This document shows, in pieces, positions 21,172 through 30,364 of a DNA stretch of 64,000 nt. The notes under the pieces are model-generated. The model did not search any database. It saw only the letters and a program-made list of their open reading frames with translations, and had not been told where the DNA came from. The stretch is from an uncultured Actinomycetes bacterium (GTDB lineage: Bacteria; Actinomycetota; UBA4738; HRBIN12), in contig CAVROD010000004.1 in NCBI GenBank assembly GCA_963722795.1, forward strand, positions 774,771 to 838,770, given 5' to 3'. The stretch's first letter is position 1, and every line of letters begins with the position of its first letter. The translations under genes and the position numbers were made by a program.

Positions 21172-22455
21172 CTATCCGCGCGTGATGCGGGCGTCTCCCT
21201 CGAGCAGCACGGTCTCGGTGACCTGCATCCAGTTGCCGGTCTCGCCATCCGGGGCGGGCACGAGCTCCGCGCTGATGTCGATCAGGCACCAGTAGTGACC
21301 GTCGGGCATCGTGGGCTCGGCCGCGGTGCCGTCGCACCACACGATCGTTTCGCCCTCGGCCGGCGGGAAGACCGTCGACGCCGGGATGGGGTTCGCCGCG
21401 GGCTCGGGGTCCCAGGCGTTGACATCGACCTCGAACGCCGCGCTCGGGTCCTGGGCGGCGTCCTTGATGAAGTCGACCGTGTTCCCAGATCGCGTCAGGT
21501 CGTAGTTGATCGGGATGCAGGGCGTGCCGTCGGGGTTGACGGTCGGGTCGCCGCCGTCGAGGCGCGTCAGCGTCACGGCCGCGCCCTCGGTGGCGACGCT
21601 GTTGCCGCCGCAGTCCAGCACGCCCTCGCCGAGCTGCACGATGTGGAAGAGCGAGTCCTTCGTGCCCTTGGTCTCGCCCAGGCCCGTCACCTCTGAGTCA
21701 CCGGCCCCGTAGGCCAGGGTGCCGTCGGCGCCGGCCTCGAGGGTCACGGCGCCGCCGCTCGGACCGGTGGCATACAGCTTGATCTGGTCGAACAGCGTCT
21801 CGCCCGTCGCGGGCACCCTGACGCGGAAGTTGTCGCCGTCGCTCGAGTCAGGTCCGCAGTCCGACGTCGTGCACGAGATGGTCTCGGCACCGACCTGCAC
21901 GCCGTCCTTCCACAGCTCGACGTTGATCGTGGCGTTGAACTTCGCCTCGATGTCGAGCTCCATGTAGTCGATGTACTTGCCGCTCATCGCCTGGCCTGCC
22001 GCGTTCTGCAGGGACAGGTCAAGCACCTCGCGGCTGGCGTAGTTGTTGATCTGCGTGCACTTGCCCGATCCCTCGTTCACGCCGGTGTTGTTCACGCCGA
22101 GGCCGAATCGGCTGGCGCTGCTGGTGAGGTACCCGACCTTCGAGCCCGGCGATGGCGATGAGGACAGCGCCATGAGGTTGAAGCCGCTCGAGGGGCTCAC
22201 GGGCGTGTAGCTGCAGCTGACCGACCGGAACGTCTGTGACGTGTTCGAGCCGGACAGCGGGACGTAGGTGAACTTGTTCCCCTGCGAGTCCATCTGCAGG
22301 TCGATGTAGCCTGCGTCGGTCGGCTGCAGGGCCGTCGCGGCCGATGCCGGAACAACCGTCGCGAGCTGCAGCGGGGCGATGGCGACGACGCCCAGCGCCG
22401 CCACGATCGCGAGCACTTTCCATCGCCGGGAGAGTTGCTTCCATCGTTGCGCCAT
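21172..22455 (-). CDS. Secreted Cys-paired beta-rich hypothetical protein
   Basis: GGAGG RBS, signal peptide ending ASA, coding-like codon usage. Confidence 0.8.
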   Translation of the reverse strand: MAQRWKQLSRRWKVLAIVAALGVVAIAPLQLATVVPASAATALQPTDAGYIDLQMDSQGNKFTYVPLSGSNTSQTFRSVSCSYTPVSPSSGFNLMALSSSPSPGSKVGYLTSSASRFGLGVNNTGVNEGSGKCTQINNYASREVLDLSLQNAAGQAMSGKYIDYMELDIEAKFNATINVELWKDGVQVGAETISCTTSDCGPDSSDGDNFRVRVPATGETLFDQIKLYATGPSGGAVTLEAGADGTLAYGAGDSEVTGLGETKGTKDSLFHIVQLGEGVLDCGGNSVATEGAAVTLTRLDGGDPTVNPDGTPCIPINYDLTRSGNTVDFIKDAAQDPSAAFEVDVNAWDPEPAANPIPASTVFPPAEGETIVWCDGTAAEPTMPDGHYWCLIDISAELVPAPDGETGNWMQVTETVLLEGDARITRG

Positions 22456-22568
22456 ACCGGTGGCCTCCTGCCCTAGGGGGTAATCGCCCTACGGTAGGCC
22501 GGTCGGTGCACCCAGTCAACCGACAGCCTGCGCCGAACGGCGTAGGTCGAACGGCTAAGCTCCGCGCC

Positions 22569-23354
22569 GTGCGCCTGGTGACATGGAACGTGAACTCGAT
22601 CCGGCAGCGACTGCCGCGGTTGCTCGCCCTGCTGGCCCGTCACGAGCCTGATGTCGTCTGCCTGCAGGAGACGAAGGTCGCCGACGCCGACTTCCCGATC
22701 GAGCCGCTGCTGGCCGCCGGATATGCCGCGCTCAGCCACGGCCAGGGCGGGCGCAACGGGGTCGCGATCATCTCGCGCCTGCCGTTGGAGGAGGTCGCCC
22801 GTGGGCTGCCGGGCGACCCGACGCCCGGCGACGCCCGCGTGCTCGCAGCCCGGGCGGACGGCGTCACGATCGCGAGCATCTACGCCGTGAATGGCAAGGA
22901 GGTCGGCGACCCCGCCTACGAGACCAAGCTCGCCTGGTACGAGGCCCTGTTCGACTGGGCTCGCGCCGCGATCGGAGTCGAGGGTGCGGCGGTGCTCGCG
23001 GGCGACTTCAACGTGACCCCCGACGACCGTGACGTGTACGACCCCGATGCGTGGCGCGGCCGCAACCTGGCCAGCGAGCCCGAGCGCGAGCGGTTGCGGG
23101 ACCTCATGCAGGCGGGGTTCACCGACCTCGGCCGGCTCGATGCGGGCGAGGGCGACGCGCCGTACACGTTCTGGGACTACCGCATGGGCGCGTTCCACCG
23201 AGGATGGGGCCTGCGCATCGATCTCGCGCTCGGCACGGCCGCCGTCGCCGGCCGCCTGGCCTCGGTCACGGTCGATCGCGAGGAGCGCAAACCCACGTCG
23301 GGCGAAGGCAAGCCGAGCGACCACGCGCCCCTCATCGTGACCCTCCGCGACTGA
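22569..23354 (+). CDS. xth: Exodeoxyribonuclease III
   Basis: TWNVNS, CLQETK, GDFN, YTFWDYR, LRID, SDH.P. Confidence 0.94.
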   Translation: MRLVTWNVNSIRQRLPRLLALLARHEPDVVCLQETKVADADFPIEPLLAAGYAALSHGQGGRNGVAIISRLPLEEVARGLPGDPTPGDARVLAARADGVTIASIYAVNGKEVGDPAYETKLAWYEALFDWARAAIGVEGAAVLAGDFNVTPDDRDVYDPDAWRGRNLASEPERERLRDLMQAGFTDLGRLDAGEGDAPYTFWDYRMGAFHRGWGLRIDLALGTAAVAGRLASVTVDREERKPTSGEGKPSDHAPLIVTLRD

Positions 23355-23380
23355 TCCGCCGGGTGCTCCGGACCCTCTGC

Positions 23381-23460
23381 AGGGCAACATCCCGCTCATG
23401 AGGGCAGGTTCCCGATAGCTCCGGGCAACGAAGCGCAAACCCAGGGCAACGAATCGGAAC
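23381..23460 (+). promoter_or_regulatory. Four GGGCA direct repeats at 20-21 bp spacing (candidate activator sites)
   Basis: GGGCAAC 23382, GGGCAGG 23402, GGGCAAC 23423, GGGCAAC 23444 upstream of the SBP gene. Confidence 0.5.
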
Positions 23461-23534
23461 CCGGCCCCCCGCGCACCCTGCGTACCCACGTGCGAGGGCA
23501 CGGACAACCGTGTCCCCGACGTGAGGGAGGGTTC

Positions 23535-25409
23535 ATGCGCAGGACGTTCGCGCGAACGGCCGTCACCCTGGTGACGCTCGCGCTGCTCGCCGCCGCGTGC
23601 GGTGGCGGGAGCGATCCGGCGGCCACCGACCCGGCGCCGACCGACGAGGCGCCGGCATCGGGGGGCACGCTCCGTGTGGCACTCGTCTCCGACGTGCAGG
23701 AGGCGTTCGACCCGCAGAAGGAGTACTACGGCGTGGCGTGGGAGTACTTCCGCTGCTGCCTGGTGCGCACGCTGCTGTCGTACAACGGCAAGACCACCGA
23801 GGAGCAGGGCGCCGAGCTCGCTCCCGACATCGCGGCCGGCATGCCGGAGATCTCCGCCGACGGTCTCACGTGGACCTTCACGCTGCAGCAGGGACTGCGC
23901 TATGCGCCACCGCTCGACGACGTCGAGATCGTGGCCGCCGACTTCGTGCGCGCGATGGAGCGCACGGCGAACCCCCGCGCGAACGTGGGCGGCTACTCCT
24001 TCTACTACTCCGCGATCGAAGGGTTCGACGCGTTCGCCGACGGTGAGGCCGAGACCATCTCGGGCATTGAGGCCGTCGACGATCACACGCTGCGCGTGAC
24101 GCTCACCGAGCCGACGGGTGACCTCGGGTACCGGCTCGCGATGCCGACGGCGGCGCCGATCCCGGCGAACCCCTTCGACGCGAAGGCGCGGTTGGGCGTC
24201 GCCGACGGGCACGACCCGAACTACGGGCGCTTCCTCGTGGCCAGCGGTCCCTACATGTTCGAGGGCAGCGAGCAGCTCGACTTCTCGGTGCCGGCCGACG
24301 ACCAGGACCCGGTGTCGGGCTACCAGCCCGGCCGTTCGATGGTGCTCGTTCGCAACCCGTCGTGGGACGCGGCCACCGACCCGCTGCGCCCCGCCTACCC
24401 CGACCGCATCGAGACCGCGATCGGCGGGTCGTCGGAAGACCTGGCGCTGCAGGTCGAGGCCGACGAGATCGACCTGGTGCTCGACGGCGTGCCGCCCTCG
24501 GACCAGGTGCAGCGGTACTCGACCGACCCCGAGCTGTCCGACCGGTTGCATGCGAACCCGTCCGACGCGGTTCGGTTCATCGAGATGAACCTCGCGAACC
24601 CGCCCTTCGACGACGTGCACGTGCGCCGGGCGCTCAACTACGCCATCGATAAGGAAGGGTTGCGTCAGCTGCGGGGTGGCCCCCTGTTCGGCGAGATCGC
24701 CGGTCACATCATGGTCGACAGCCTGCAGGCGAACCTGCTCGTCGACTTCGACCCCTACGCCACCGAGGGCGGGGCCGGCGACATCGAAGCCGCGAAGGCC
24801 GAGATGGCGCAGTCGGCGTACGACCGCGACGGCGACGGCGTCTGTGACGACCCCTCGTGCACCGACATGCTCACGTTCAGCGACGCGGCGTCCCCCTACC
24901 CGAAGCAACTGGCGTTGATCGAGCAGAACCTCGAGCCGCTCGGCATCACGCTCGACGCGAAGCCGCTCGAGCGCACGACGATGTACGCGAAGTGCGAGGA
25001 CCCGAACACGAAGTGGCAGCTCTGCACAGCGCCCTCGTGGGGCAAGGACTACGCCGACGGGTTCACGTTCGCGCCGCCGCTGTTCAGCCGGAGTGCCATT
25101 GGACCCGAGTCGTGCTGCAACGACACGATGGTCGGGGTCACCGACGACATGCTGCGCGAGCGCGCCTACGACCCCGTGCCCGTGCCGAGCGCCGAACAGC
25201 AGATCCAGGCGTGCGTGCCCCTGACCGGCGACGAACGGTTCCGTTGCTGGGCGGACCTCGACACGTACCTGATGGAAGACGTCGTGCCCTGGGTGCCCTA
25301 CCTGTTCGACAACAACGTGGTGATCGTGTCGACACACGTCACGAACTGGTCGTTCGACCAGTTCGCAGGATTGCCTGCGCTCGACCATCTGGCCGTGAGC
25401 GGGTCCTAA
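23535..25409 (+). CDS. ABC transporter substrate-binding lipoprotein, family 5 (Opp/Dpp-like)
   Basis: LAAAC lipobox; S.DGLTWTFTL, SGPY, PFDD..VRRALNYAID. Confidence 0.92.
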   Translation: MRRTFARTAVTLVTLALLAAACGGGSDPAATDPAPTDEAPASGGTLRVALVSDVQEAFDPQKEYYGVAWEYFRCCLVRTLLSYNGKTTEEQGAELAPDIAAGMPEISADGLTWTFTLQQGLRYAPPLDDVEIVAADFVRAMERTANPRANVGGYSFYYSAIEGFDAFADGEAETISGIEAVDDHTLRVTLTEPTGDLGYRLAMPTAAPIPANPFDAKARLGVADGHDPNYGRFLVASGPYMFEGSEQLDFSVPADDQDPVSGYQPGRSMVLVRNPSWDAATDPLRPAYPDRIETAIGGSSEDLALQVEADEIDLVLDGVPPSDQVQRYSTDPELSDRLHANPSDAVRFIEMNLANPPFDDVHVRRALNYAIDKEGLRQLRGGPLFGEIAGHIMVDSLQANLLVDFDPYATEGGAGDIEAAKAEMAQSAYDRDGDGVCDDPSCTDMLTFSDAASPYPKQLALIEQNLEPLGITLDAKPLERTTMYAKCEDPNTKWQLCTAPSWGKDYADGFTFAPPLFSRSAIGPESCCNDTMVGVTDDMLRERAYDPVPVPSAEQQIQACVPLTGDERFRCWADLDTYLMEDVVPWVPYLFDNNVVIVSTHVTNWSFDQFAGLPALDHLAVSGS

Positions 25410-25414
25410 GCGGG

Positions 25415-25463
25415 CCGAGGCCGCGCTCCCCTCTGTCCTCTCTCTCGGGGAGCGCGGTCTCGG
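25415..25463 (+). terminator. Long hairpin after the SBP gene
   Basis: ccgaggccgcgctcccc...ggggagcgcggtctcgg. Confidence 0.55.
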
Positions 25464-25476
25464 TATCCTGCCGGCG

Positions 25477-26340
25477 ATGGCGCTGCCGGGCATGCTCGTC
25501 GACCCGAGATGGTTGCGCGCGCAACCATCGCCGGGTCTCGTGATCGCCGACGTGCGGTGGGTGCCCGGCGGGCACGCGAGCCAGCCGTTCGCCCGCGGGC
25601 ACCTGCCCGGTGCCGTGTGCGTCGACCTCGACGCCGACCTGGCGGCGCCGGCCTTCCGTGGACCGGGGCGCCATCCGCTGCCCCAGCCTGCGGCCTTCGC
25701 CGCCACGATGTCGCGGCTCGGCATCGGGGATGAGACGCCCGTCGTGGCCTACGACGACCAGGGCGGGTGGATCGCGGCGAGGCTCTGGTGGATGCTGCGC
25801 GTGTTGGGTCGCGAGGTCGCGCTCCTCGACTTGCCCTCGCTCGAAGGGTGGACCGCCGCGGGTGGCACGCTCGAGACGGGGCCGCCTCGCACCCCGGCCG
25901 CCGCGTCGTTCACGCCGGCATCGTGGCCGTCGGATCGCCTCGTCGATGCCGACGAGGTGGCTCGCGTGGTGCACCTGGGCTCTGGGCCCGTGCTCGACGC
26001 CCGCGCGGGCGAGCGCTACAGGGGCGAGATCGAACCGATCGATCCGGTGGCCGGGCACATCCCCGGCGCGGTGAGCGCCGATCGAGCGGGCGACCTCGAC
26101 GACGACGGGCACGTGCTGGACCCGAACGTGTTGCGCCGCCGTTACGAGGCGCTCGGGCTCGGCGACGGCGGCGAGGCGGTCGCCTCGTGCGGGTCGGGCG
26201 TCGCGGCTTCCTTCACGATCTTCGCCATCGAGCGGGCGGGCCTCGGTCTCGCGCGGCTGTACGAGGGCTCGTGGTCGGACTGGGTCAGCGACCGCTCGCG
26301 TCCGGTCGCGAGGGGGGCCGAGCTCGGTGGTCCGCGGTGA
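25477..26340 (+). CDS. sseA: Tandem-rhodanese sulfurtransferase (3-mercaptopyruvate type)
   Basis: GHLPGA, GRHPLP, RLWW, GHIPGA, CGSGV.A active loop, LYEGSWSDW. Confidence 0.9.
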   Translation: MALPGMLVDPRWLRAQPSPGLVIADVRWVPGGHASQPFARGHLPGAVCVDLDADLAAPAFRGPGRHPLPQPAAFAATMSRLGIGDETPVVAYDDQGGWIAARLWWMLRVLGREVALLDLPSLEGWTAAGGTLETGPPRTPAAASFTPASWPSDRLVDADEVARVVHLGSGPVLDARAGERYRGEIEPIDPVAGHIPGAVSADRAGDLDDDGHVLDPNVLRRRYEALGLGDGGEAVASCGSGVAASFTIFAIERAGLGLARLYEGSWSDWVSDRSRPVARGAELGGPR

Positions 26341-26358
26341 ACGCCGCCGGTCACCCGT

Positions 26359-26790
26359 TCAGACGGTGAAGCGCTTGTTCGGCTGCTCCACGAGAGGCTG
26401 GGTGCGCGGCGAGAAGCGGTTGACGTCGTGTTCCCAGTCGCGGCGTCGCCGGTAGGCCGAAGGGCTCACACCCGTGTGCTGCCGGAAGGTCGTCGTGAAG
26501 TGCGACAAGCTGTTGAAGCCGACGCGGTGACAGATCTGCGTGACGCTCAGCTCGGTGTCTGCGAGCAGTTGCCGGGCGCGGTCGATGCGCAGTCCGATCA
26601 GGTAGCGGTAGGGCGGCACGCCCACGAACGCCGTGAACTGGCGGGTGAAGTAGTAGGGGCTCAGCGAGGCTTCGTGCGCGATCGCCCGCAGATCCACGTC
26701 GCGATCGAGGTTGGCGGCCAGGAAGACCTGCACCTCGCGGATGCGCCGTTGCAGATGCGGGCTGGGCAGTTCGTGATCGGTCACGCTCAC
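26359..26790 (-). CDS. Small stand-alone AraC-family HTH regulator
   Basis: 143 aa; LSPYYF.RQF, RIDRA..LL, SVTQIC..VGF.SLSHF...FR...GVSP..YR. Confidence 0.9.
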   Translation of the reverse strand: MSVTDHELPSPHLQRRIREVQVFLAANLDRDVDLRAIAHEASLSPYYFTRQFTAFVGVPPYRYLIGLRIDRARQLLADTELSVTQICHRVGFNSLSHFTTTFRQHTGVSPSAYRRRRDWEHDVNRFSPRTQPLVEQPNKRFTV

Positions 26791-26863
26791 GTACGGGAAC
26801 CCCCTTGCTCCCTACGACATGGTACGTCTGCCCGGCAGGTATCGGCTTCAGGAATCCTGCCCA

Positions 26864-28255
26864 TCACACCATGTCGCGGGGCGTGACCTGTGCGTCGTAC
26901 TCCTCGTCGGTGAGGAAGCCGAGGGCGACCGCGGACTCCTTCAGGGTGAGCCCTTCGTGGTGGGCCTTCTTCGCGATGGCGGCGGCGTTGTCGTAGCCGA
27001 TGCTGGGCGCGAGCGCGGTGACGAGCATCAGCGAACGCTCGACCAACTCCTCGATGCGCGCCCGGTCGGCCTGCAGCCCCTCGATGCAGAACTCGCGGAA
27101 GGTGCGGCTCACGTCGGCCAGCAGCGCCGTCGAGTGCAAGAAGTTGCGGATCATCACCGGCTTGAACACGTTGAGCTCGAAGTTGCCCATCGAGCCCGCG
27201 ATCTTGATCGTCGTGTCGTTGCCCATCACCTGGCAGGCCACCATCGTCACGGCTTCGGACTGCGTGGGGTTCACCTTCCCCGGCATGATCGAGGAACCCG
27301 GCTCGTTCTCGGGCAGCACGAGCTCGCCCAGCCCGCTGCGGGGGCCCGAGCCGAGCCACCGCACATCGTTCGCGATCTTCATCAAGCTCGCCGCGAGCGT
27401 GGCCTCGGCCCCGCTCGCGAACACGAGCGCGTCGTGGGAGGCGAGCGCCGCGAACTTGTTCGGCGCCGTCACGAACGGCAGCCCGGTCAGCTCGCCGACC
27501 TTCGCCGCGACGGCCTCGGCGAACCCGGGCGGGGAGTTCAAACCGGTGCCGACGGCCGTGCCGCCCGCTGCGAGCTCGTACAGGCCCGGCAGGGTGAGCT
27601 CGAGCCGTTCGATGTCGGCGTCGAGTTGGGCCACGTACCCGCCGAACTCCTGGCCGAGCGTGAGCGGTACGGCATCCTGCAGATGCGTGCGGCCGATCTT
27701 CACGATGTCGGCGAACTCCTCGGCGCGCGCCGCGAGCGCATCGCGCAACGCGCGCACGTTCGGCACGAGCCGATGCACGATCGCCTCGGCGGCCGCGATG
27801 TGCATCGCCGTGGGGAACGTGTCGTTCGAGCTCTGCGACATGTTCACGTGGTCGTTGGGATGCACGGGCGACTTCGACCCGAGCGTGCCCCCGGCCATCT
27901 CGATCGCTCGGTTCGAGATGACCTCGTTCACGTTCATGTTGGTCTGCGTGCCCGAGCCGGTCTGCCATACGTACAGCGGGAAGTGGTCGTCGAGGCGCCC
28001 CTCGATCACCTCGTCGGCCGCGCGCACGATGAGCGCCGCGATCTCGGGGTCGAGCGCGCCCGAGGCCTCGTTCACGAGCGCGGCCGCCTTCTTCAGGATG
28101 GCCTGCGCCCGGACGAGCTCGCCCGGCATCCGGTCGGCTTCGGCATGGCCGATCGAGAAGTGGTGCAGAGATCGCTGGGTCTGCGCCCCCCAGTAGCGGT
28201 CGGCGGCGACGTCGATCTCGCCGATGGAATCGGACTCGGTGCGTGACTCGCTCAT
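26864..28255 (-). CDS. fumC: Class II fumarate hydratase
   Basis: [43 protein letters not shown]. Confidence 0.96.
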   Translation of the reverse strand: MSESRTESDSIGEIDVAADRYWGAQTQRSLHHFSIGHAEADRMPGELVRAQAILKKAAALVNEASGALDPEIAALIVRAADEVIEGRLDDHFPLYVWQTGSGTQTNMNVNEVISNRAIEMAGGTLGSKSPVHPNDHVNMSQSSNDTFPTAMHIAAAEAIVHRLVPNVRALRDALAARAEEFADIVKIGRTHLQDAVPLTLGQEFGGYVAQLDADIERLELTLPGLYELAAGGTAVGTGLNSPPGFAEAVAAKVGELTGLPFVTAPNKFAALASHDALVFASGAEATLAASLMKIANDVRWLGSGPRSGLGELVLPENEPGSSIMPGKVNPTQSEAVTMVACQVMGNDTTIKIAGSMGNFELNVFKPVMIRNFLHSTALLADVSRTFREFCIEGLQADRARIEELVERSLMLVTALAPSIGYDNAAAIAKKAHHEGLTLKESAVALGFLTDEEYDAQVTPRDMV

Positions 28256-28349
28256 CGTCGTTCGGCCCTCCGGGACGGATGGAGCCATCCTCCCAAACCA
28301 CGACCGGGCGGCGACGGGTCGGCTCGAGCAGAGCTCACGCGGGCGATGC

Positions 28350-28526
28350 TTACCGAAGCCAGCCCAACGACTCTTGTTCGACTTCGACGAGGGGTTCCAT
28401 GGCGCACAACACCCGCTGATCGTCAGGATGGGCGGCCAACCATGCCCGCGCGGCATAGATCGCCGACGAGGTTTCGTCGGGGCTCCTGGCGGTGAGCATC
28501 TGCTCCAGCAGAAGTTCACGTTCCAT
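28350..28526 (-). CDS. Small 58-aa hypothetical protein (below ORF-track cutoff)
   Basis: Manual translation [58 protein letters not shown]; GAGG upstream. Confidence 0.5.
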   Translation of the reverse strand: MERELLLEQMLTARSPDETSSAIYAARAWLAAHPDDQRVLCAMEPLVEVEQESLGWLR

Positions 28527-28747
28527 GACCCGCCTCTACCGATCCTCCGGGTCGGCGAAACGGATCGACGGGACGGAAGAGCGTTCTTTGTCACTCTCGT
28601 CTTCGACACCCCGACGACAGGCCTGGAAGGACCATCAGGAGGGAGCGGCGCGATGTGGCCGGCGAGATGCTCTCGTAGGGTTGTCACCGGCTGCACAGCC
28701 TCTCGGTGAGGGGCGGCGTGCCGGCGTTCCCGCACGGAGACGGGTTC

Positions 28748-28821
28748 GGGGCGGTAGCTCAGTCGGTTAGAGCAGGGGACTCATAATCCTCCGGTCGCAG
28801 GTTCGAGTCCTGCCCGCCCCA
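28748..28821 (+). tRNA. tRNA with CAT anticodon, probably tRNA-Ile2 (lysidine)
   Basis: GGGGCGG/CCGCCCC acceptor with 1-72 paired, so not the initiator; loop CT-CAT-AA; Ile2 versus elongator Met is an inference. Confidence 0.9.
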
Positions 28822-28896
28822 CGAGCATCCCAACGCCCGTCGAGCCCGTATGCACACTCCGTTTCGTCGCGTTCGCGACCCGATCGGACGTGACCG

Positions 28897-29961
28897 TCAG
28901 CTGGTGAGCTCCCTCACCCGGGTGAAGAACGCCCGCTTCATATCGGTGTTCACGCCGTAGTTCACAGGCAAGCTCTGATAGCCGTCTCGGTACCGAGCAG
29001 CCCCGACGTAGTCGCCCGTGATCTCGCATCCCTGATCGAAGTAGCCGTACCCGGCCCCGGCGCTGATCACCGAGTTCATGACCTGCAGGTTCCAGTTGGC
29101 TTCGGTGACCGCGACCGGCTTGCCGAGCTGCAGCAGCGTCTTGACCTTGTTCGTGACCTTCGCCGGTGAGCGGTTCCCGCCATGAAGGCTGGTCCAGTCG
29201 ACGGCTCGAGCCAGGTCCGCCGGATACACGGCGCCGCCCGACATCGACGTCGTCACCAGGGCCGCCGGCCAGATCTTCTTGATCTGAGCGATACGTTCGT
29301 CCAGCTGCGCCACCTGCAGCACAGGATCGTTGAAGTTGTTGTCACTCGACTCGTTGGCGATCTCGATGAGGACGTTGCCCGTGTTGAGCGACTTGAGGAA
29401 TGCGGTCGCCTGATCGATCGCTCTCAGGATCGCGGCGGAACCGTTCAGGTCCTTGTCGACGGTCCGATAGAAGTACTGGACGGTGACGATGATGTTGTTG
29501 GCGTCTGCCCTCCGGATCGCGTCACCGAGCCTCACCTTCGCGTCCTCTCGCAACGTTCCGTCCGGGGCGAACATCGAGAAGTTCCGCTGACGGAGGTTGG
29601 CGTCGTCCGCGCAGTGATACCGAGGGTGCCCGCCCTGCATCCCGATGGTCACCATGTCGAGGCCGTAGCTCGCGTAGGTGGGCAGCGCAGCCATGAACTC
29701 GTTCACGTTGCGCTGCGCCGACCAAACGCTGCCGGGGTACGCCCAGTTCGGGCGCGTGCCGACGTTGTAGTCCTCGGTCGCGGCATGGATCATGCGGGCG
29801 TTCATCAGCAGGCCGGACGCGGCGGAGCCGTCGTTGACCAGAAGACCGTTCACGCGCACCTTCGTGCCGTCGAAGGAGATCGACGTCACCTCGGCGGAGG
29901 CCACGCCTCCCATCATCACGACCGTGACGGCGAGCAAGAGCGACGCACATCGTTGGATCAT
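28897..29961 (-). CDS. Secreted TIM-barrel glycoside-hydrolase-like protein
   Basis: Signal peptide ending ASA; LIEIANE (acid/base-like), SLHG, PVAVTE (nucleophile-like). Confidence 0.65.
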   Translation of the reverse strand: MIQRCASLLLAVTVVMMGGVASAEVTSISFDGTKVRVNGLLVNDGSAASGLLMNARMIHAATEDYNVGTRPNWAYPGSVWSAQRNVNEFMAALPTYASYGLDMVTIGMQGGHPRYHCADDANLRQRNFSMFAPDGTLREDAKVRLGDAIRRADANNIIVTVQYFYRTVDKDLNGSAAILRAIDQATAFLKSLNTGNVLIEIANESSDNNFNDPVLQVAQLDERIAQIKKIWPAALVTTSMSGGAVYPADLARAVDWTSLHGGNRSPAKVTNKVKTLLQLGKPVAVTEANWNLQVMNSVISAGAGYGYFDQGCEITGDYVGAARYRDGYQSLPVNYGVNTDMKRAFFTRVRELTS

Positions 29962-30364
29962 CGGGAGCCTCTCTGTGTCGGGGGTCACCTTCCCGTTACC
30001 ACGCAGCTCCCATATCCATGCACGGCTGCGGAAGATCGCCGGATCTGCGGGACCGAGGACGCTCATCGCCCGTATCCGGCTTGCCGGGATAGTTCACCGT
30101 TCCGGAACGGGAAAAGAGGCCCGCATGGACTCCCAGCGGATCGCTCGTATCACGGGGCTGTTGTGATCATCACCTTCGCGACGTCGACCTGCCGATTCAT
30201 CTCTAGGGCCCTGCGCTGGACGACGATCATCCGGAGGATCGAGCGAACCCGAGGGGATGCTGCCACGCGACAGCTGGTGACACTCGATGGCCGCGCACCT
30301 GCGGATGGGCCCACGTCGGCAACCGCGTGCCGGTCTGCGCGAACCCGGTGGTAGCGTCGCGACC

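Noticed and set aside
22473-25724. 1083-aa minus-strand ORF and similar long antisense ORFs
   Set aside because: Shadow frames of real high-GC genes (xth, SBP); Arg/Gly/Ala-rich with no motifs
28748-28821. Initiator tRNA-fMet
   Set aside because: G1-C72 is paired and the anticodon stem lacks three consecutive G-C pairs
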